14,670 nucleotides of DNA from Octopus sinensis (taxonomy: Eukaryota). Location: contig NW_021825698.1 in the NCBI RefSeq assembly GCF_006345805.1, forward strand, positions 1-14,670, given 5' to 3'. Made by a program: the position numbers and the translations under genes. Positions 1 to 7,900 of the stretch are shown here, in pieces; within the stretch, counting starts at the first letter, position 1, and each line of letters begins with the position of its first letter. The notes under the pieces are model-generated. The model had not been told where the DNA came from, did no database searches, and saw nothing but the letters and a program-made list of their open reading frames with translations.

Positions 1-870
1 GCCTGTATCACGCTGGTTCTGCTGGAAAATTACATTAAGCGCTTGGCCCTGCTCGATATCTTTCAAAGAAAGAAAGAAGACTTTTCTTCGTATCTTTATA
101 CAAAGAGATATAAGCTTTAAATTTCAAGCACCTTTCTGTGTCATTGATTTCCAGTTAGGAAGGGTAGTAATCCCAGTTCTGAATTACTAACCTTAGCCTG
201 CAGCTCTCTGACCGGTATTCATTCATCAGTGAAGCAGTGAAGATTTTTGAAAGTTTTTGATGCATTGTTCAGGTAATGCATTATATATTGAAAAAAGAGT
301 TGACGTCAAAAATAATTCAAATATTCGTGATACTTTTATATATTTCTGATATGGCACATTTTTCGACGCGATTACTTGTCAATAACAAACCTGCAGTTTG
401 TATCAGACAGTCGCCAATGTACAATAAAATTTATTGAGTAAAGAATGCATGTGAATGAATGCAGAGGAAGCAAATATAAAACTCCTGCGCAATCGAACAA
501 AGATATTTATTTAAAGAAAAAAAAAACGTCTGACTACAAGCAACAAATAAAATGCTAATGTTAACAAATTGAATAAATACACAAATAAAATAATAGCAAA
601 TGCTTACAAACTGTTACTGTAGTGAATGAAAATGTCTTCAATGAAATATCTAAGAGTTCAGATTGTTGGAATGTTGAGAGTAAAAGCAATGCACAAAAAT
701 AAAATAGCGGGTAAATGACCTTGTTAACAAAGAATGCATAGGTTTAAAAATGTGTATGGTATGTTTGCAAGAAACTATCTGATCAGTGGAGGCGTTACGT
801 CGTATGACCTGAGTTGCTAGTTAAGCAGATATACGAGAGAACAATGCTATCAACAATGAAGGTAAGTTTA

Positions 871-982
871 GGCGACAAACTGGCTGAATTGTTAAGTACG
901 CCAGGCAAAATACACATTTTGAGTTCAAATTCCACCGAGGCCAACTTTGGCTTTAGTCCTTTCAGAATCGATAAAATAAATA
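871..982 (+). mobile_element. SINE family B fragment (tRNA-like head plus Meta/MESC-like central domain), internally deleted and 3'-truncated
   Basis: A-box-like TGGCTGAATTG (881-891), B-box-like GAGTTCAAAT (921-930), then TCCACCGAGGCCAACTTTGGCTTTAGTCCTTTCAGAATCGATAAAATAAA, colinear with the copy at 2903-2960. The domain name comes from memory of MetaSINE-type sequences. Confidence 0.7.
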
Positions 983-986
983 GCAA

Positions 987-1149
987 GGCGCAGGAGTGGC
1001 TGTGTGGTAAGTAGCTTGTTTACCAACCACATGGTTCCGGGTTCAGTCCCACTGCGTGGCATCTTGGGCAAGTGTCTTCTGCTATAGCCCCGGGCCGACC
1101 AATGCCTTGTGAGTGGATTTGGTAGACGGAAACTGAAAGAAGCCTGTCG

Positions 1150-1194
<45 letters not shown>

Positions 1195-1399
1195 TTGTGT
1201 GTCTGTGTTTGTCCCCCTAGCATTGCTTGACAACCGATACTGGTGTGTTTACGTCGCCGTTACTTAGCGGTTCGGCAAAAGAGACCGATAGAATAAGTAC
1301 TTGGCTTACAAAAAGAATAAGTCCTGGGCTCGATTTGTTCGACTGTAGGCGGTGCTCCAGCATGGCCGCAGTCAAATGATTGAAACAAGTAAAAGAATA
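987..1399 (+). mobile_element. SINE family A copy 1 (tRNA-derived, CORE-like, bipartite with internal TA/TG microsatellite; resembles octopus OR-type SINEs)
   Basis: Head GGCGCAGGAGTGGCTGTGTGG (A box) and GGTTCAGTCCC (B box), CORE-like CTTGGGCAAGTGTCTT, internal microsatellite ~1150-1200, 3' half ending CCAGCATGGCCGCAGTCAAATGATTGAAACAAGTAAAAGA. Near-identical to 3070-3475, 5010-5398 and 12992-13432. Confidence 0.92.
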
Positions 1400-1989
1400 C
1401 GTATGAATATTCGATTTTTCCAATTGGAGATAATGTTGCAAAAACTTTACATAATGAAAGTTGTTAATGAGAGTGTGAGGATGTAAAGAAAGATGCCAAA
1501 AGAAAGGATAATAAGCTTATATTTATCGGTCCGAAGGTGCTATGCAACGTTGATTACTTTTCATATGTACAATACATTGAAGTTAATGATTCACTCGTTA
1601 TTCTACATTATGTTATTTTCAACAATAAATGCGCTATCTAATTCCACACAAATTATGCACGTATATGTAACTTCAAAAGAATTGTTCGGGTCTCTTATAA
1701 ATGTTGCGACGCACTGTGAAAAATGAAAAATGAGTTGTTTATTTTGGAGCTTTTTCTAAGTACGGCAATATAATTTACGAGCAAAACCCCGCCCCCGTCC
1801 AATGGACGGTGCTGGGTTGTCAAACATTTAAACCAAATTTTCTCAAAATTACTTGTCCGACACTCTCTCTTTGAGAAACACTGATTTAACCTAAATTTGA
1901 GACACCAGCAAAAGAAGAAATAAAGATAGACTTTTTTCTATTCCAAGAAAAACGATTTTACAAATGCACGTTCCCACGGCTTTATCGAT

Positions 1990-2160
1990 CGCATTCTCAC
2001 CTGGAATCAATTTTTGTAATTTTTTCAAGACTTATACACGCCTTGATACCGTCGGTATCTACATATCAAATTTGAGCGCAATCGGATGGAGGATGCCCGA
2101 GATCCCAGAAGACACACACACACACACACACACACACAGAACGGATTTTATATAATAGAT
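1990..2160 (+). mobile_element. 3' part of a non-autonomous Helitron-like (DINE-1/Lep1/HINE-type) element; 5' end not located
   Basis: CAAATTTGAGCGCAATCGGATG...(CA)n...CAGAACGGATTTTATATAATAGAT, the same 3' architecture as 7022-7830 and 7901-8282; small hairpin GATACC-GTC-GGTATC. Confidence 0.55.
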
Positions 2161-2288
2161 AATACCAATGAAATACCAATGAAATATTTATTTTGTTTTA
2201 ATACAACAGTGTTATATATAGATACATAGAGCGTTTGGCATCTATGCTTAAAAATGCATGCGTGCAGTGCAATAAGTAAATAGAATGA

Positions 2289-2356
<68 letters not shown>

Positions 2357-2383
2357 CAGTAGTAGTAGTAGTAGTAGTAGTAG
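2289..2383. repeat. Compound trinucleotide microsatellite (GCA)n(GTA)n
   Basis: Read directly; it produces the poly-L and poly-T/A ORF artefacts. Confidence 0.97.
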
Positions 2384-2902
2384 GGCGGCATGCATTGCAA
2401 CAGTGCGTTGCTGCCCCCATTGCTTGTTGATGATTCCCCACTCTTGACGGATGACACCTTTTGCACAACTCAGGCGACGACCGTCTAATCCATGGGTGTA
2501 CTTGAATAGTCGCTGCTGGAGGGGATTAGATTTTACGAGGTCGGACTGCAAATCCTAGTTCAGCCTCTTTTATTCGCCTTTTAGGACCGGCAGATCAAAC
2601 GTTGGGTCTGTTCTTTGACATGCTGGCCCCCCACAAAGCAGCGCAAGTTAACTCTCAGTAAGCTAAATATAAAAGGTAATATTTGCAACGTACTGGAATA
2701 GAGGAAATAGAATAATTAATAGTGGAATAAGTATACATACTAATACATTTAGCGTATCAAATATATATCATAGCATACTATATATAAATATATTAATTAG
2801 ATTTATTAATGAGAATAAGGAGAAAATATACATATAGAGGGGGACAACTTCAACAATATGAAAGGGTTGGGTGTTACAAATCTCTCTCTCTATATATATA
2901 TA

Positions 2903-3058
2903 GTTCAAATTCCGCCGAGGTCGACTTTGCCTTTCATCCTTTCGGGGTCGATTAAATAAGTACCAGTTACACATTGGGGTCGATGTAATAGACTTAATCC
3001 GTTTGTCTGTCCTTGTTTGTCCCCTCTGTGTTTAGCCCCTTGTGGGTAGTAAAGAAAT
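2903..3058 (+). mobile_element. SINE family B copy, 5'-truncated, 3' end intact
   Basis: GTTCAAATTCCGCCGAGGTCGACTTTGCCTTTCATCCTTTCGGGGTCGATTAAATAAGTACCAG...GGGGTCGATG...GTGGGTAGTAAAGAAA; homologous to 921-982; flanked by (TA)n on both sides. Confidence 0.8.
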
Positions 3059-3069
3059 ATATATATATA

Positions 3070-3475
3070 GGCGTAGGAGTGGGTGTGTGGTAAGTAGCTT
3101 GCTTACCAACCACATGGTTCCGGGTTCAGTCCCACTGCGTGGCACCTGGGGCAAGTTTTTCTACTATAGCCTAGGGCCGACTAGTGCCTTGTGAGTGGAT
3201 TTGGTAGACGGAAACTGAAAGAAGCCCGTCGTATATATGTATATATATATACATATGTGCGTGTGTGTCTGTGTTTGTCCCCCTAGCATTGCTTGACAAC
3301 CGATGCTGGTGTGTTTATGTCCCCGTAACTTAGCGGTTCGGCAAAAGAGACCGATAGAATAAGTACTGGGCTTACAAAGAATAAGTCCCGGGGTCGAGTT
3401 GCTCGATTAGAGGTGGTGCTCCAGCATGGCCGCAGTCAAATGACTGAAACAAGTAAAAGAGTAAAAGGAAAAGAG
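3070..3475 (+). mobile_element. SINE family A copy 2, full length
   Basis: Colinear with copy 1; tail GAAACAAGTAAAAGAGTAAAAGGAAAAGAG; (TA)n on both flanks. Confidence 0.93.
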
Positions 3476-3918
3476 TATATATATATCACTACATTAGAGC
3501 TTTTTAGCTCTTATTTCTAATATAAGCGTTCTGACACCCTAGTCATATTTAGCGAGAATTATAGTTTTCCACGGCTGTCTATATTAATTATTTATATATA
3601 TATATATATATAATATATAGTTTCGAAAATTGAAAGAGAAGCAAGACACGGGAACAAACGGAAAATACACACACAAGATACAGGCGAGCTCATACCTCGA
3701 CAGTTGCCCCAAATTCCCTTACAATTTCACGCCTTTCTATACATATACACAAACATACACGCAGCGTATTATATATGCTGATAGATTGGCTTTCTTTATT
3801 AAATAGAGGAGTAAAGTAAGTTAATGCTGGAGTATTTATTAGGAAGAGTTAGATAAATAAATAAAAATGTACACGTGAAGTCCTCAATTATTGCTAGACA
3901 TGTTACGATCAAAATTGA

Positions 3919-4122
3919 ATAATCAATCAGAATCTTGTTTTTAACTTTCAATGCCGTGCATACCATAAGGTCTGCAAATTTAACGAAGGCCTCAAAAGAC
4001 ATTTTAAGATCCACAAAGATCAGAACTTACCTGAGGCTCTTGGTGGCCCAAATCAAATATGCAATATATGTGGGTGTCCCCGCGGAGTTGATCCCTCGCA
4101 AAGACATCGGAGAATCATTTGA
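3919..4122 (+). pseudogene. Degenerate C2H2 zinc-finger ORF remnant, probably the C-terminus of an RTE-like non-LTR retrotransposon ORF
   Basis: Frame +1 (no start codon, so absent from the ORF track) reads IINQNLVFNFQCRAYHKVCKFNEGLKRHFKIHKDQNLPEALGGPNQICNICGCPRGVDPSQRHRRII*. This gives C-x2-(Y; TAC is one change from TGC)-x3-C-x5-L-x2-H-x3-H, followed by a second CxxC. Upstream in-frame stops at 3916 and 3895. A short 3' UTR ends in (TA)5 at 4170-4179. No TGEKP linker. Confidence 0.55.
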
Positions 4123-4179
4123 GCGTTACTGTTTTCTCTACAGAGAATCTATGAATCTCATCTGTTGACTATATATATA

Positions 4180-4406
4180 AGTAGTTGAATGAATTATCTT
4201 ATTATGGATAATTATCGCTATGGGCTCCGTGTGGGCAGTCACCTTAAAGTTTTTGTTCATCTTGATGCTGACATAAGTTCCTTTTTTTCCTGATGAGAAG
4301 GCGGCATAATGCACCCCTTATTCCTTCGAAATTAGGAATATGCAGCCTTCGAAACATATGTCGAGAATAAGGAATTTTGTTAATTCGTCGTTCACTCCAT
4401 TCTTTC

Positions 4407-4413
<7 letters not shown>
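4180..4413 (+). mobile_element. ~234-bp hammerhead-containing element (solo retrozyme or PLE pseudo-LTR-like) inserted in (TA)n
   Basis: Unique-sequence block bounded by (TA)5 (4170-4179) and (TA)33 (4414-4479), containing a complete type I hammerhead motif. Boundaries are inferred from the TA flanks only. Confidence 0.6.
4275..4377 (+). ncRNA. Minimal type I hammerhead ribozyme
   Basis: Stem I: AAGTTCCTTTTTTTC (4275-4289) with GAGAATAAGGAATTT (4363-4377), 14 of 15 positions paired (2 G-U, 1 U-U). Core CTGATGA at 4290-4296. Stem II: GAAGGC (4297-4302) with GCCTTC (4345-4350). GAAA at 4351-4354. Stem III: C4355-G4360 closing the palindromic loop ATAT. Cleavage triplet GTC, with scission predicted after 4362. 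Confidence 0.88.

Positions 4414-4479
<66 letters not shown>
4414..4479. repeat. (TA)33 microsatellite
   Basis: Read directly. Confidence 0.98.
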
Positions 4480-4480
<1 letters not shown>

Positions 4481-4483
4481 CAC

Positions 4484-4940
4484 AGGGTAAAATTAATTAA
4501 TTAAGAAGTAATCATAATCTCATCAAGCAGAATTCGCATGAAAAAGACCATTTCATGGTAAGCTTAAGTAATACTTTATAAATAGGGTTCAGCAACGATT
4601 TGCTTCACCACATACCGAATTTTAGAAATAGCAGTCAAAAAATCTTAGCTATTCCTTCTACTTTAAAAGGGGATCCCAGAAAAACCAAAGTACTTGAAAA
4701 CAATCCACGCAGGCAAAAGGGAAAAATAACGAAAATCATTCTATATTAGGTTACCCACGTATGCGCGTTTCGGAATTAGATCGGTATAAAGCATAAATAA
4801 TAAATAATTATACCATACCCGACCATTTTCGGCTCTTCCTTTTAAAGTAGAAGGAATAGCTAAGATTTTTTTGACTGCTATTTCTAAAATTCGGTATGTG
4901 GTGAAGCAAATCGTTGCTGAACCCTATTTATAAGTGTATT
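4484..4940 (-). mobile_element. Fold-back element 1 (PLE pseudo-LTR-like, with inverted partial copy)
   Basis: Inverted arms ~4570-4670 and 4838-4940, identical over the core ~95 bp except a 1-nt indel in an A-run. Spacer of 167 bp. Unpaired ~86-bp extension 4484-4569 starting AGGGTAAAATTAATTAATT. Homologous to 8652-8923. (TA)n on both sides. Confidence 0.7.
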
Positions 4941-5009
4941 ATATATATATATATTATATATATATATATAATATTTTATTATATATATTATATATATATA
5001 TATATATGC

Positions 5010-5398
5010 TTTACTTGTTTCAGTCATTTGACTGCGGCCATGCTGGAGCAACCGCCTTTAGTCGAGCAAATCGACCCCGGGACTTATTCTTTGTAAAACC
5101 CCGTACTTATTCTATCGGTCTTTTTGCCGAACCGCTAAGTAACCGGGACATAAACACACCAGCATCGTTTGTCAAGCAATGCTAGGGGACAAACACAGAC
5201 ACACAACACACACATGTATATATACATATATACGACAGGCTTCTTTCAGTTTTCCATCTACCAATCCAACCACTCACAAGGCTTTGGTCGGCCCGAGGCT
5301 ATAGTAGAAGACACATGCCCAAGATGCCACGTAGTGGGACTGAGCCCGGAACCATGTGGTTGGTTACAAGCTACTTACCACACAGCCACTCCTGCGCC
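5010..5398 (-). mobile_element. SINE family A copy 3
   Basis: Reverse complement of copies 1 and 2 from TTACTTGTTTCAGTCATTTGAC to CCACTCCTGCGCC; embedded in TA-rich tracts (4941-5007, 5399-5750). Confidence 0.93.
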
Positions 5399-5487
5399 TA
5401 TATATATATGTTTTATATATAATATTATATTTATATTTTATATATATATGTATAATATACATATATATATATGTTTGTATATATATG

Positions 5488-5520
<33 letters not shown>

Positions 5521-5669
5521 AATATATATATGTTTGTATATATATGTATATACATATATTATATAATATATATAAATATATATATATATATGTTTGTAAT
5601 ATATATATATGTAATAATATATATATTATATATAATAGTATATTATATATACTATATATATATATATCT

Positions 5670-5700
<31 letters not shown>

Positions 5701-5750
5701 AATACATATACCCGCCCCTCATATATACATATATATATATATACATATCT
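5399..5750. repeat. Degenerate (TA)n/AT-rich low-complexity tract
   Basis: Read directly; source of the YI-rich ORF artefacts. Confidence 0.95.
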
Positions 5751-6190
5751 TTACTCACACAAAGACACATAATTTCTTCCTGGTTCTCACACTCATTCAT
5801 TTTCCCTAACAATAACGAAACCGGCAAACCCAGGTGTGAGCGAGCGAGGTGTAACACTAGATCGAACATCCCTTCCACGTTACATTGTGTTTAAGCTTTA
5901 AAAAAAAAAGAAAAAACTCCGACATAATAATAAACATACAAAACATTGGAAAGAACGTTTCCACTGTACAGTGCACCTTACTGTCTCTTTCTCTCTTTCT
6001 CTCTTTACTCTTTCATGTATTCATAGTCAATTAAACTGAAGTTATGTAACAAGGGGAGCGGTGCGTGTGTTCGCGGGAAAAAAATACTATTGTCAAGAAA
6101 ATCTGCCAGAATACATGCATATATAATGAATGTGTAGGCACTGAAAGGTAGAACACCTGTATACGATCCACTTATGCACGTATATATATC

Positions 6191-6232
<42 letters not shown>

Positions 6233-6254
6233 TATAAATATATATATAATATAT

Positions 6255-6586
6255 ATTTAAATTTAATAAGGGTAGAAATGATATTAATCAATTAAAACCA
6301 GTGGCCTAGCATATTAAAACAATCCGAAGATTAAGAATATATTTTACATACAAAATTTAAAGGACTGACCACTAAAAGTGGACGGTCAACATGCTAGATA
6401 TAGACGTCAAATCGCTATTTTCCACAGCGATTTGACGTCTATATCTAGCATGTTGACCGTCCACTTTTAGTGGTCAGTCCTTTAAATTTTGTATGTAAAA
6501 TATTTTAATCTTCGGATTTTTTTAATATGCTAGGCCACTGGTTTTAATTGATTAATATCAATTTCTACCCTTATTAAATTTTAAAT
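6255..6586. mobile_element. Fold-back element 2 (near-perfect ~330-bp palindrome; diverged relative of elements 1 and 3)
   Basis: Arms ~6255-6416 and 6426-6586 with 9-nt loop ATTTTCCAC. The inner ~78 bp are perfect; the outer part has one substitution and a few small indels. Both ends carry AAGGGTAGAAAT; flanked by (TA)n. Confidence 0.75.
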
Positions 6587-6623
6587 GTATATATATATAT
6601 ATATGTATACATATATATATATG

Positions 6624-6674
<51 letters not shown>

Positions 6675-6675
<1 letters not shown>

Positions 6676-6856
6676 GCAACCACCGTATAACTGGTGTTGA
6701 TGTGTTTCCGTCCCCGTTATCTAATGGTTCAGCAAAAGACTTCGATAAAATAAGTACTACCTTAAAAAAAAAGTACCAGTCGACTAAAAAGTCTTCAGAG
6801 CAGTACCCCAGCATGGTCGAAGTCTAATGACTGAAACAAGTAAAAGATAAAAGATA
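6675..6856 (+). mobile_element. Diverged, 5'-truncated SINE family A-related 3' half
   Basis: GTCCCCGTTATCTAATGGTTCAGCAAAAG..CGATAAAATAAGTAC..CCAGCATGG..TGACTGAAACAAGTAAAAGATAAAAGATA matches the 3' half of family A and follows (TG)n. Confidence 0.75.
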
Positions 6857-7021
6857 GATTATATGTATACATGATAACATTATATAGACAAGATGGTTAC
6901 GTGAGAGCATATGCATGTATGTATGCATAAATATTATGTTAATAGATAACTTTTGAGGGATTTAGAATAATTAATGCTGCTGGAGATTAACAATATAAAT
7001 TATATATATATATATATATAT

Positions 7022-7830
7022 ACTAGCAGCATAGCCCGGCGTTGCCCGGGTATGTAAGAGCCCCTAGTAGGCAACGACTAATCCCAATCTAGTCCTTTCC
7101 CTCTAGGGAACGAAGGCGCATGTGTAGGTTGCAATGTCTTCTCTTCACTCCCAAATAACTATCAAACAGCTATCGATAATTCAACCCAGCCAATTCCTAC
7201 CAGGAAGAAATTACATTCGAGACTTTACCCCCAACACCGTCACTTCTGCTAATAGCTGCTGCAGCCGCAAGTTATTCGAATACTGTTTTTGTTTACACTT
7301 TCTTTATAACTACCACCCCAAACGTTTTACCTTAAATTTTTGACGTACCCTAAGGGTCCTCGGACGCTACTTGCAAACTCTTGGTTTATTATAAACCGCT
7401 TTTGTCGTGTGCACCAAAAAACCTTTTCCATTCGTTTGTTCAGTTTTGTCACTTTTGACTTTTTCGTTGTTGTCACTCACATTGCTGCCCGCTTTTTTGC
7501 CGTTTTTGTACATTTTTATACATTTTGGGATAATTACCCCACGTGTTCCGAGAGTTAAAAAGGTCGAGTTGCGTCCCCTAGACAGTCTGTAGAAAATGTG
7601 TTGCATATAAAAAGCTTAGATTCTCGAGCCATGTCGAATTTATCGATTTTGTTTCAGAACTGGGGGAACTTTTCAAAATTTTCGCTGCGTTAGTTTTGAA
7701 TTATGACATTGGGCTATGTGTGTGTCAAGTTCCATCAGAATCGGTTGAAAGCCGTGGTCAGGGTGAGGGTACAACCTGACAGACACACAGACACACAGAC
7801 AGACAAACTGCCGTTTATATATAGAGAGAT
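7022..7830 (+). mobile_element. Non-autonomous Helitron-like element, long variant
   Basis: 5' ACTAGCAGCATAGCCCGGCGTTGCCCGGG (GC-rich subterminal motif). 3' CAAGTTCCATCAGAATCGGTTGAAAGCCGTG...GACAGACAAACTGCCGTTTATATATAGAGAGAT. Both ends are shared with 7901-8282. Confidence 0.72.
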
Positions 7831-7838
7831 ATGTATAT

Positions 7839-7883
<45 letters not shown>

Positions 7884-7900
7884 ACACACATATATATATG

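Noticed and set aside
1-120. Open frames at the window edge (+1 ACITLVLLENYIKRL...KRYKL*; minus strand DIEQGQALNVIFQQNQRDTG after a pyrimidine-rich AG)
   Set aside because: Short, open on both strands, no recognisable protein, and cannot be joined in frame to other candidate exons.
150-230. Minus-strand CTGATGA followed by a TGAAT/ATTCA helix
   Set aside because: Followed by GAAC rather than GAAA, and no stem I or stem III can be formed; not a hammerhead.
829-868. Strong + strand donor AAG|GTAAGT at ~861 with a possible 33-nt micro-exon
   Set aside because: No supporting partner exons; splice-like motifs are frequent by chance.
4025-4130. Minus-strand donor CAG|GTAAGT at 4031/4030 with MSLRGINSAGTPTYIAYLIWATKSL
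   Set aside because: Antisense to the zinc-finger remnant, which explains the region better; no in-frame downstream exon found.
3935-4168. 77-aa ORF with YAIYVG...DIGES, superficially GIY-YIG-like
   Set aside because: Spacing and the conserved Arg/His/Glu residues of GIY-YIG do not fit; the alternative frame gives a better zinc-finger match.
5169-5894. 241-aa ORF and other long YI-, poly-L, poly-S/F, poly-K/R and poly-D ORFs in the track
   Set aside because: Translations of microsatellites and SINE copies; no coding signal.
6361-6400. CTGACC...AAAAGTGGACGG resembling hammerhead or twister fragments
   Set aside because: Lacks CUGANGA/GAAA and the twister L4 loop; only a local hairpin.
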